Source: Candidatus Aegiribacteria sp. (GTDB lineage Bacteria; Fermentibacterota; Fermentibacteria; Fermentibacterales; JCC-6). From it: 34,587 nucleotides of DNA. Shown piece after piece: positions 1 through 8,187 of the stretch. A program made the position numbers and the translations under genes. Numbering within the stretch: the first letter of the stretch is position 1; each line of letters starts with the position of its first letter. The DNA lies in contig JAWOBF010000065.1 of the NCBI GenBank assembly GCA_046498225.1, positions 1 through 34,587 of the forward strand. Reading direction: 5' to 3'. Under the pieces are notes generated by a model that did not search any database, was not told the origin of the DNA, and saw nothing but the letters and a program-made list of their open reading frames with translations.

Positions 1-2461
1 AGAATTCCCGGTGCGCTTCCCTGGCCGCCGCGGCTGCCCCGCGAGCCCTGTCGGGGGCTACTCCGAGGTCTCCGGCCATGTCCACCAGCCCCTTCATCCA
101 TTCCCTTCCGGGAAGGGAGAAGTCCAGCACCGGGCTCAGCGTGGTTACCCTCTCCTCCGCGGAAAGCCCCAGCCCGGCGTCGATGACGTACGGCGAGGCT
201 TCTATGTAGGGACAGTTGTACGATTCGGGGAACTCCCCCTGGGGGAACGACCTGAGAATGGAGGGAAGGAATATGTAGTCGACTTCCTTCTCCAGCAGGT
301 CCAGGACGTGACCGTGAGCGAGTTTCAGCGGGAAGCATGTTTCCGCGGCTACGTTCTCCACTCCGGAGTGTATGAGTTCGCCGGTGGATGTGCCCGATAT
401 GACCACATCGAAGCCGCATTCGCCAAAGAAGGTCCTGAAGAAATGGAAGAACTCCCAGAACCAGAGGGCCCTTGGTATTCCCACAACCGGTTTTCCGCCG
501 TCCGTGCTCCCCGTGTAGTCGCTCAGCAGGAGCTTCTCTCTCTCCACGAACCAGTTCTTTCCCTGCTTCACGCTCCTTCCCGGGGAGTTTCCGGTTTCGT
601 ACTTCTCGCACCTGCCTCCGTAGCACAGGCTGTTCCCGTCCTGAAGTGTTACACGGTGTATCTCGCAGTGGTTCGGGCAGCCCCGGCAGACGAAGGTCTC
701 CTGCCTGTAGTTCTCCCGGGCGAGACCGAAACCCTTGAAGCGGGAAGGCCCCGGTGTCTTGTCATCCCGGGCGAGGAGAGCGGCTCCGATGGCTCCGGTG
801 ACGTGATGGTTCTTCGGTATCACTATTTTCCTGTCGGACAGTACCGCGTTGAACGCCGCGGCAACCCCCGAGTTGAAGGCCGTGCCGCCCTGAAAGAATA
901 TCCTGTTTCCTATCTTCTTTTCCCCCACCACTCTGTGAAGGTAGTTCCTTACTATGGAATAGGAAAGGCCGGCAACTATGTCGTCCACCGAGGCCCCTTC
1001 CGCCTGATGCGAGAGGACGTCGCTCTCCATGAACACCGTGCATCTCTCTCCAAGGCTGCAGGGTGATGCCGACCTGAGGGCGATCGGTCCGAATTCCCTG
1101 ATGTCCAGCCCCAGTTTCTCCGCCTGCTCCTCCAGAAAGGAGCCGGTGCCGGCGGCGCAGACCTTGTTCATCTCGAAATCCACAACCCTGCCGTCCTGCA
1201 GGGATATGAACTTCGAATCCTGCCCGCCTATCTCGAAGATGGTATCCACCTCAGGGTCCAGCTCCACCGCGGCCCTGGCCTGCGCGGTTATCTCGTTCCT
1301 CACCACATCGGCGCCGGTAAAATCGCCCGTCATGTAACGGCCCGACCCGGTGGTTCCCAGCCCCAGAACCTCCCTGTCCTCTCCCAGCGTCACGGCCAGA
1401 CGGGAAAGACCTTCCTTAACGGCCTCCAGGGGCCTTCCCGCGGTCATCAGGTACTCGGACGCGTGAATTGTTCCGGAAACCCCGCCGACGGCCACCAGAT
1501 TCGTGCTTATGGAGCCCACGTCTATTCCGATGTAGACGGATTCATCGCTGCCCGCCGGAGGCGGCGATTCTTTCGGCGCGGGAATGCTGCATGCCCCCAG
1601 GGGCCGCAGGCCCGACGCCGCGCCGGTCCGGCCTTCCGCTTTTGTCAGCCGGTCCAGGTACGACCCGTCAATGACAGCCCTCTCCGGATCTTCAGCGGTA
1701 ATGGCCGCTCCGGCGGCCGTCAGGCATTTGTAATGTTCGGGAACCAGCAGATCGTACAGCTCCCTTCCCAGAACCTCCGTGAAAGCCGCTCTCATCCCCC
1801 GGTTGGCCGCCACCCCTCCCACGAACGCGACTGGAGGTCGGAAATCCCTTCCGGAGGCTATGGAACTCTTGAAGTTCCTGGCCACCGCGAAGCATAGACC
1901 GGCTACTATGTGGGACACCGGGGTGCCTATCTGCTGGAGGTGTATCATGTCCGACTTGGCGAAGACACTGCAGCGGCCGGCTATCCTGGGAGGCTTGCGG
2001 CACTGCAGGGCAAGCTCGCCGAGCTCCTCGATATCCAGGCCGAGCCTTGACGCCTGCTGGTCCAGAAAAGAGCCCGTTCCCGCTGCGCAGACCGAGTTCA
2101 TGGAGAAATCGTCAAAGACGGACAGACCGCCCTCGCGCCGGAAAAGCAGCAGCTTGGAGTCCTGTCCCCCCATCTCTATCACCGAGCTGACATCCGGGCA
2201 GAAGACGGGAACGGCACCCGCCAGAGCCACAACCTCGTTGACCGCGTCACACCCCGCCAGACGGGCCGCGGTCCGGGAGGAGCTCCCGGTGAAGGATGCG
2301 GGACATCCCTCCCATCCATCAAGGTCGGTGAGTATACCGACAAGAGCCTCCACCGGCTTTCCGTGGTGCCTTCTGTACACTGAGCCCGCGATGCCCCCGT
2401 CTTCCATGAGCACGACCTTGGTGCTCACGGAGCCCATGTCTATTCCAAGTCTTCTCTTCAT
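1..2461 (-). CDS. 2-hydroxyacyl-CoA dehydratase activase-type fusion protein (two ASKHA/BadF-BadG ATPase domains plus downstream DUF2229-like region); 3' end runs off the window
   Basis: Manual translation from ATG at 2461: MKRRLGIDMGSVSTKVVL. The motifs DFSMNSVCAAGTGSFL and DFEMNKVCAAGTGSFL occur once per ATPase domain, followed by Cys cluster FVCRGCPNHCEI and YNCPY. Absent from the ORF track, consistent with no stop before the window edge. Confidence 0.9.
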   Translation of the reverse strand, partial: MKRRLGIDMGSVSTKVVLMEDGGIAGSVYRRHHGKPVEALVGILTDLDGWEGCPASFTGSSSRTAARLAGCDAVNEVVALAGAVPVFCPDVSSVIEMGGQDSKLLLFRREGGLSVFDDFSMNSVCAAGTGSFLDQQASRLGLDIEELGELALQCRKPPRIAGRCSVFAKSDMIHLQQIGTPVSHIVAGLCFAVARNFKSSIASGRDFRPPVAFVGGVAANRGMRAAFTEVLGRELYDLLVPEHYKCLTAAGAAITAEDPERAVIDGSYLDRLTKAEGRTGAASGLRPLGACSIPAPKESPPPAGSDESVYIGIDVGSISTNLVAVGGVSGTIHASEYLMTAGRPLEAVKEGLSRLAVTLGEDREVLGLGTTGSGRYMTGDFTGADVVRNEITAQARAAVELDPEVDTIFEIGGQDSKFISLQDGRVVDFEMNKVCAAGTGSFLEEQAEKLGLDIREFGPIALRSASPCSLGERCTVFMESDVLSHQAEGASVDDIVAGLSYSIVRNYLHRVVGEKKIGNRIFFQGGTAFNSGVAAAFNAVLSDRKIVIPKNHHVTGAIGAALLARDDKTPGPSRFKGFGLARENYRQETFVCRGCPNHCEIHRVTLQDGNSLCYGGRCEKYETGNSPGRSVKQGKNWFVEREKLLLSDYTGSTDGGKPVVGIPRALWFWEFFHFFRTFFGECGFDVVISGTSTGELIHSGVENVAAETCFPLKLAHGHVLDLLEKEVDYIFLPSILRSFPQGEFPESYNCPYIEASPYVIDAGLGLSAEERVTTLSPVLDFSLPGREWMKGLVDMAGDLGVAPDRARGAAAAAREAHREF

Positions 2462-2651
2462 ATGAACCGGTCCCTGTTCCCTGCGGTTCGGGCCTCCTGT
2501 GAGCGCGTCGATCTCATTGAAATCGTAAGATACTGCGGTGCAAGATATTCAGCCCGTATTGAATAAAAACGCCCTCCTCCGGTGGAACTCAAAGATAAAC
2601 AAAACAGTTATATTACGGTAGCTCGATGACAGAATCGCCCGTATACCACTG

Positions 2652-4751
2652 GTGAACAATGATGATACGGAGGCTTTTATCTCTACCACCGCCCGGAAGA
2701 CCGGCGACAGCCGGCTTTTTCTCTTTCTTTCTATCCTGCTGCTTGCTGTTGCGGCGGGTCCCGTCAGCGCCTACGTCGGCCCCGGCGCGGGTTTCGGCAT
2801 AGTGACCTCCTTCCTGGTGTTCCTCAACGCCATAGCGGTTTCCATTCTATCGGCGCTGCTGTGGCCGGTCAACTTCACCCTGAGGCTTCTGCGAAGGAGC
2901 AGAAGGGAACACCGGCCGCTTGCGGGAAGGGTGGTGATTCTGGGCCTTGACGGTCTCTCCCCCGAGGTGGCCGGTGAGATAATGCAGAGCGGTGGAATGC
3001 CCAACCTCGGCAAACTGGCGCGTGAGGGGACCTTCGCGAAGCTGGGGACCACATGCCCCGGCATCTCCCCCGTGGCATGGTCATCCTTCCAGACCGGTGT
3101 CAATCCCGGAAGGCACGGAATATTCGACTTTCTCGCCCCCGACAGGAAGAGGTACATACCGGTGCTTTCATCCGTGAAGACCGGTACAGTTGCTTCCGGG
3201 AAGGGTTTCTCCCCCTTCGGGAGGAAGACCGCCAGACCTTTCATCAGGCTCCTGAGGAAGAGCAAACCGTTCTGGACCATCCTCAGAAGGTACGGTATGA
3301 GGTCCACCGTCCTGAGGGTGCCGATTACATACCCGCCCGAACCTCTGGACGGCCATCTTCTGAGCGGAATGTGCGTACCGGACCTGAGGGGGACACAGGG
3401 GAGCTACACGCTGTTCTCGGAATCCCCGCCGCGGAAACCCTTTACCGGCGGTCTGTGGCGAAAACTCCGGAAACTCGAGGAGTACCTGTGGGAGACTGAG
3501 ATGCCGGGTCCGATGAACGGTGAAGGTGATGCCGCCGCAGTAACCATGCGGCTGCGGAGTTCCAGCGGCCGCTACATCGCGGAGGTGGATGGGACCGAAC
3601 TCGAACTGACGCCGGGTAACCTGTCCGACTGGGTGGAGCTGGTCTTCAGACCTGACGGGAAAAAGGTGAGGGGAATAGCGAGATTCTGTCTCACCCATGG
3701 CGACGGAGGGTCGCCTGTGCTCTACTCCACCGCCGTTCACGTGGATCCATTCTCGCCTTCTGTGCCCATATCCCACCCGGTTCACTATTCAAGGTACCTT
3801 GCAGGCCTGTACGGGCCCTTCGCCACCCTCGGGCTTGCGGAAGACACCTGGGCGCTCAGCAACGGAGCCATATCCGGGAAAACCTTCCTGGACCAGGCCT
3901 GGTCCATCTTCCAGGAGAGAAAGCGGATGTTCTTTGACGCCCTGGACAGGAACCCTACCGGTGTGGTCGCATGCGTTTTCGATACTTCCGATCGCATCCA
4001 GCACATGTTCTGGTCCGAAGGGCACGAAGAGGGAACCCCTGTGCGTGAGATGTACGAGAGGATGGACAGGCTTGTCGGAGAAACGGTGAACAGGCTGGGA
4101 AAGAAGGACATGCTGCTGGTGATGTCGGACCACGGATTCACCTCCTTTCATACCTGCATCGATTTCAACAGGTGGCTGCTGGAGAACGGCTACCTGGTCC
4201 TGGAGGACGGCGTGGAAAAGGTCGACACCTCGTTCAAGGGGGTAGACTGGTCCGGGACCAGGGCATGGTCCATGGGTCTTTCGGGAATAATGCTCAACCT
4301 GAGGGGCAGGGAGGCGCTTGGTATCGTCGAGCCCGGCCGGGAAGCCGAAGAACTCCTCGATGAGATATCGAAGAAGCTCATGCTGCTGGAGGATGAGAAC
4401 GGCGCCCCGGTCATCAGCGCCGTATACAGGGGAGATGACGTCTACAAGGGCCCCTACGCCGGTGACGGTCCCGACCTTATAGTCGGCACCAGGAGGGGCT
4501 ACCGCGCGGGCTGGGGCTGCGTGACAGGCGGTGTGGGGGAAAAGGTGCTCTACCCGAACGACAGACACTGGAACGGCGACCACTGCCACGACCACCGACT
4601 GGTACCGGGAGTGCTGGCAAGCAATTACAGCCTGGACGCGGAAGGAGCATCGATCATCGACGTCGCCCCCACGGCGCTGAGGGCCCTGGGTGTCAGTCCC
4701 CCCTCCTACATGGAGGGCCGGCCCCTATTTACGGAGGGAGACCCGGAATGA
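2652..4751 (+). CDS. Alkaline phosphatase superfamily / type I phosphodiesterase-nucleotide pyrophosphatase, with N-terminal signal peptide, YVGPG motif and TM anchor
   Basis: Motifs LGLDGL, PGISPVAWSSFQTG (Ser nucleophile position), DRIQHMFW, SDHGF, GDHC. N-terminus: hydrophobic stretch, VSA|YVGPGAGF, TM helix, basic RLLRRSRR. Start codon uncertain (GTG 2652 or near 2679). Confidence 0.88.
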   Translation: MNNDDTEAFISTTARKTGDSRLFLFLSILLLAVAAGPVSAYVGPGAGFGIVTSFLVFLNAIAVSILSALLWPVNFTLRLLRRSRREHRPLAGRVVILGLDGLSPEVAGEIMQSGGMPNLGKLAREGTFAKLGTTCPGISPVAWSSFQTGVNPGRHGIFDFLAPDRKRYIPVLSSVKTGTVASGKGFSPFGRKTARPFIRLLRKSKPFWTILRRYGMRSTVLRVPITYPPEPLDGHLLSGMCVPDLRGTQGSYTLFSESPPRKPFTGGLWRKLRKLEEYLWETEMPGPMNGEGDAAAVTMRLRSSSGRYIAEVDGTELELTPGNLSDWVELVFRPDGKKVRGIARFCLTHGDGGSPVLYSTAVHVDPFSPSVPISHPVHYSRYLAGLYGPFATLGLAEDTWALSNGAISGKTFLDQAWSIFQERKRMFFDALDRNPTGVVACVFDTSDRIQHMFWSEGHEEGTPVREMYERMDRLVGETVNRLGKKDMLLVMSDHGFTSFHTCIDFNRWLLENGYLVLEDGVEKVDTSFKGVDWSGTRAWSMGLSGIMLNLRGREALGIVEPGREAEELLDEISKKLMLLEDENGAPVISAVYRGDDVYKGPYAGDGPDLIVGTRRGYRAGWGCVTGGVGEKVLYPNDRHWNGDHCHDHRLVPGVLASNYSLDAEGASIIDVAPTALRALGVSPPSYMEGRPLFTEGDPE

Positions 4752-6718
4752 GAAGAAGGGATTTCCTTAAGCTGACGGCGCTCTCGCCGGTTGCACTGGC
4801 AGCTCTCAAGAGCGGCTGTGCCCGGAGCGATGCCGCGCCGGTGAGGGTTATAGTGCTGGGTATAGATGGAATGGATCCCTTCCTGGTCAGGAACTTCATC
4901 CATGAGGGAGTAATGCCCAATGCGGCCAGGATGATGTCCTCGGGCGGGCTCAACAGGCTTGGAACCAGCAATCCGCCCCAGAGCCCGGTGGCGTGGTCAA
5001 ATTTCATAACCGGGCACGGGCCGGACGTGCACGGCATATTCGATTTCGTACACAGGGACCCCCGTACCAGGACGCCCTACCTTTCAACATCCAGGGTCAT
5101 CGAACCGGACAGGACGCTGAGCCTGGGTGACTGGAGGCTTCCCCTGTCCGGAGCCAGGGTGGAGCTCCTGCGCAGGGGCACGCCTTTCTGGACCGCTCTG
5201 ACGGACCGGGGCATTCCGGTATCCCTGGTGAAGCTCCCGGTGGATTTTCCGCCGGTCGAGGGCAAGGCAAGGATACTTTCCGGCCTGGGCACTCCGGATA
5301 TTCGGGGCAGTCAGGGCAGCTTCACTTTCTTCACCGACGACGCCAGGTCAATCACGGATGATACTTCAGGGGGGGTGGTCGTACCTGTAAGGGATTACGG
5401 GGACGGCTGCTACAGGTGTCCCGTGAGGGGGCCTGAGAACTCCATGAGGGCGGAAAGCCCCCAGATGGAGGTGGAGGCGGAAGTTTGGGTGGACAGGGAG
5501 GCGGACGGTCTTCGAATTGATGTACAGGGCGAGTCCACCGTTCTGGCGGAGGGGGAGTGGAGCGACTGGGTCAGGTTCAGGTTCGACGCCATTCCACACA
5601 TCTCGTCGGTTCATGCCATAGGACGCTTCTATGTCAAGGAAATATCTCCAAGGCTCAAACTGTACCTGTCCCCGCTGAACATAGACCCTCTCAACCCGGC
5701 CCTTCCCATATCACAGCCGGCGAGCTACTCCAGCGACCTTGCGCGGGCGCTGGGACCCTTCTACACACAGGGTTTTCCCGAGGATACCAAGGCGCTTTCA
5801 AGGGGCATACTGGATGACGAGGAGTACCTGCAGCAGGCATGGATAGCCCTGAACGAGAGGCTTGACCTTTTCCATCATGAACTGAGCCGTTTCAGGGAGG
5901 GGCTCTTCTTCTTCTACTTCAGCTCCCTCGACCTGAACATTCACATGTTCTACCGCGCCCTGGACCGGAACTCTCCCCTCCACGCCGGCACCGACCCGAG
6001 GTTCAAGGGAGTAGTGCGGGAGCTGTACGCCAGGATGGACAGTGTGATCGGACAGGCTCTGGACGCCAGGGACAGCAGAACGGAGGTCCTGGTGCTTTCG
6101 GACCACGGCTTCGCTCCCTTCAACAGGTCTTTCAACCTGAACTCATGGCTGGCCGCGGAAGGTTACGCGGAGGTAACGTCCCCTCAGTTAAGGAACCGGG
6201 ACATGTTCGCCGCCACCGACTGGAGTTCCACCGCGGCCTACGGACTGGGACTGAACTCCCTCTACCTCAACAGGAGCGACCGGGAGGACAACGGAATTGT
6301 AAGTCCCGACCAGGCTCCGGACCTGCTGCTCTCACTGAAGCGAAACCTTGAATCCGTGACCGATCCCGCCACCGGAAGAAGAGTTATAGCCAACGCCTAC
6401 ATCACCTCCCGCATCCTTCCCGGCCCTCTGCCGCCCTACGCGCCGGACATGATAATCGGGTATTCCAGGGGCTACAGAGCTTCATGGGCGACAACCCTGG
6501 GAAGTTTTCCGGAGGACATCATCACCGACAACCTTGACCCGTGGAGCGGCACCCACTGCATTGATCCCCCGGTTGTTCCGGGCGCATTCCTTTCGACTGT
6601 CCCCCCCGCCGTTCCGGATCCCGACCTCCGGGACCTGGGCAGGAGCATATCCGGTCTTTTCGACGTTCCCGACCCCTCTTCGGGGGGAAGGGATATATTC
6701 AGCGGTGAGGACGGGTAG
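4748..6718 (+). CDS. Alkaline phosphatase superfamily / nucleotide pyrophosphatase paralog with twin-arginine (Tat) signal
   Basis: MRRRDFLK Tat motif, then LKSGC (possible lipobox). Motifs LGIDGM, PPQSPVAWSNFITG, DLNIHMFY, SDHGF, GTHC. ATGA overlap with the upstream paralog. Confidence 0.9.
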   Translation: MRRRDFLKLTALSPVALAALKSGCARSDAAPVRVIVLGIDGMDPFLVRNFIHEGVMPNAARMMSSGGLNRLGTSNPPQSPVAWSNFITGHGPDVHGIFDFVHRDPRTRTPYLSTSRVIEPDRTLSLGDWRLPLSGARVELLRRGTPFWTALTDRGIPVSLVKLPVDFPPVEGKARILSGLGTPDIRGSQGSFTFFTDDARSITDDTSGGVVVPVRDYGDGCYRCPVRGPENSMRAESPQMEVEAEVWVDREADGLRIDVQGESTVLAEGEWSDWVRFRFDAIPHISSVHAIGRFYVKEISPRLKLYLSPLNIDPLNPALPISQPASYSSDLARALGPFYTQGFPEDTKALSRGILDDEEYLQQAWIALNERLDLFHHELSRFREGLFFFYFSSLDLNIHMFYRALDRNSPLHAGTDPRFKGVVRELYARMDSVIGQALDARDSRTEVLVLSDHGFAPFNRSFNLNSWLAAEGYAEVTSPQLRNRDMFAATDWSSTAAYGLGLNSLYLNRSDREDNGIVSPDQAPDLLLSLKRNLESVTDPATGRRVIANAYITSRILPGPLPPYAPDMIIGYSRGYRASWATTLGSFPEDIITDNLDPWSGTHCIDPPVVPGAFLSTVPPAVPDPDLRDLGRSISGLFDVPDPSSGGRDIFSGEDG

Positions 6719-6721
6719 TCT

Positions 6722-7537
6722 GTGAAGCTGGCCACCGCGGTAATTAACGGCGTTTTCGACGCCCTGCTCTTTCCTCTCGGGTGGCTCCCTCCCATATGGG
6801 GACTGCTGATGATATCCATCCTCTCCGGATTCGGAATGATAGCTGTTTTCAAGGCGGTCTCGGACCAGGACGGAATTTCCCGGCTGAGGAGGAGGATGGG
6901 GGGCGAGATACTGGGCATACTTCTCCACGTCAGCAGTCCCGCCGCCGTCATGAAGTTCGCCGGCAGGCTGATATGGAGCAATACGGTATACCTGGCCATC
7001 CTGCTGAAGCCGCTGCTGGTAATGGCCGTGCCTTTCGTCCTGGTATGGGGTCAGCTGGATTCCCGGTACGGCGCTAAGGGCATTCCGGAGGATTCTCCGG
7101 TCACGGTGACGCTGCAGTACGATGCGGAGATGCCGGAAAGGGACAGGCTGGGAATATCCGCGGACGGCCTTGAACTGGTTCCCCCGGTGGTGATGATAGA
7201 CACCCTCGGGCAGGCGAGCTTCAGGGTGGCCGCCCTGGAGGGGGGAAGGGGAAGGCTGGACCTGGATGGCCTGACAGCCGTAGTTGGAAGCACGGCGGGG
7301 TGGAGCGGAAGCCGTGTGATCCGTGGTTTCGACGCCGCCCCCTCTTTTTGGAGTCTTTTTACTCCCCGCGTGGATGTCGTGCGGGGGGTTCCGGAAGGGC
7401 CCGAATCCGGCTGGTATTCCCTTCCCGGTGTTGACTATGGAATACTCGGATGGCACTGGTCATGGGAGGCGGTGTTCCTGGTGTTCTCCATGATATCGGC
7501 GCTGGTCGGCGCCAGATTGTTCAAGGTCAGGATATGA
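6722..7537 (+). CDS. Three-TM membrane protein resembling the EMC3/TMCO1/DUF106 (Oxa1 superfamily) fold, with an inserted soluble domain
   Basis: TM1 (PPIWGLLMISILSGFGMIAVFK), SDQ followed by a helical linker, KPLLVMAVPFVLVW (TM2), about 130-aa loop, GWHWSWEAVFLVFSMISALVGARLF (TM3). Family assignment is by pattern recall, not a search. Confidence 0.6.
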   Translation: MKLATAVINGVFDALLFPLGWLPPIWGLLMISILSGFGMIAVFKAVSDQDGISRLRRRMGGEILGILLHVSSPAAVMKFAGRLIWSNTVYLAILLKPLLVMAVPFVLVWGQLDSRYGAKGIPEDSPVTVTLQYDAEMPERDRLGISADGLELVPPVVMIDTLGQASFRVAALEGGRGRLDLDGLTAVVGSTAGWSGSRVIRGFDAAPSFWSLFTPRVDVVRGVPEGPESGWYSLPGVDYGILGWHWSWEAVFLVFSMISALVGARLFKVRI

Positions 7538-7552
7538 AGGAGGTCGTTCGAA

Positions 7553-7750
7553 ATGCCCAAACTGAAGCTCAAGCTGGACAGAGAGACCAATGAGAGGATA
7601 AGGAAAGTGGCCCGGGCGGGGGGTTACTCTTCCTGTGAGGAATTCGTACTGCACGTCCTTCAGCGGGAACTGGACAGCCTGGCGCCGGACAGCGGGGAAT
7701 CGGAGGAGGAGATCCGAAGGAAGATGGAGGGGCTGGGCTATATGGAGTAG
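7553..7750 (+). CDS. Small ribbon-helix-helix (CopG-like) protein with C-terminal EEEIRRKMEGLGY tail
   Basis: Strong SD (AAGGAGG) upstream. Alternating beta strand KLKLKLD, helix, GYSS turn, helix EEFVLHVLQREL, acidic linker, LGY tail. Confidence 0.75.
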   Translation: MPKLKLKLDRETNERIRKVARAGGYSSCEEFVLHVLQRELDSLAPDSGESEEEIRRKMEGLGYME

Positions 7751-7767
7751 GAACGGTTCTCGGCGCG

Positions 7768-8187
7768 CTACTCCTCCAGATAGCCCATATCCTGAAGCTT
7801 CTTTATTATCTTCTGCTCCTCGTCCGGATGCACGTCGTACCTGGGAGGCGGCACCAGGCCCGCGAGCTCCAGCTCTCTCATGAATGCCAGACGGAATTCA
7901 AGCTCCTGAAGCTTGACGCCGTCCACTTCCCTCACTTCGAGTTTTTCGCCTGAGGTGATACCCGGCGTCTCCGAGCCCGAGGTGATGACAACCACCCCGT
8001 GGCTGGCGAGCATGGCACAGGCGACTTCCTTTGCCCTGTGGTTCTCCTCCATACCCAGGCTCTCGACCGCCTGACTGTGGAAGACCTCCACCCTGCCGCC
8101 CCTGTCGATGATCTCCGCTCCGAGCTCGTCCAGGATCTTCTCGTCGGAATCCTTCGCGGTCCTTATCCAGATAACCAGCCCCTTCAT
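7768..8187 (-). CDS. Degenerate adenylyl-sulfate kinase (CysC)-like protein lacking the P-loop, with C-terminal LQDMGY tail
   Basis: MKGLVIW..., RGGRVEVF and MLASHGVVVITS parallel the CysC N-terminal half, but GxSGxGKS/T is replaced by RTAKDSDEK. Only 139 aa. TGATG overlap with the sat stop codon. Confidence 0.65.
   Translation of the reverse strand: MKGLVIWIRTAKDSDEKILDELGAEIIDRGGRVEVFHSQAVESLGMEENHRAKEVACAMLASHGVVVITSGSETPGITSGEKLEVREVDGVKLQELEFRLAFMRELELAGLVPPPRYDVHPDEEQKIIKKLQDMGYLEE

Noticed and set aside
11..2465. Plus-strand ORFs 11..1066, 1029..1337 and 1779..2465, two of which share SRKEPVPAAQT
   Set aside because: Antisense shadows of the minus-strand activase. The shared peptide is the reverse complement of the duplicated CAAGTGSFL motif.
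2652..6718. Calling the two AlkP proteins sulfatases because of the adjacent sat
   Set aside because: They lack the C/S-x-P-x-R formylglycine motif, and no maturase is in the window. The metal-ligand motifs are NPP-like.
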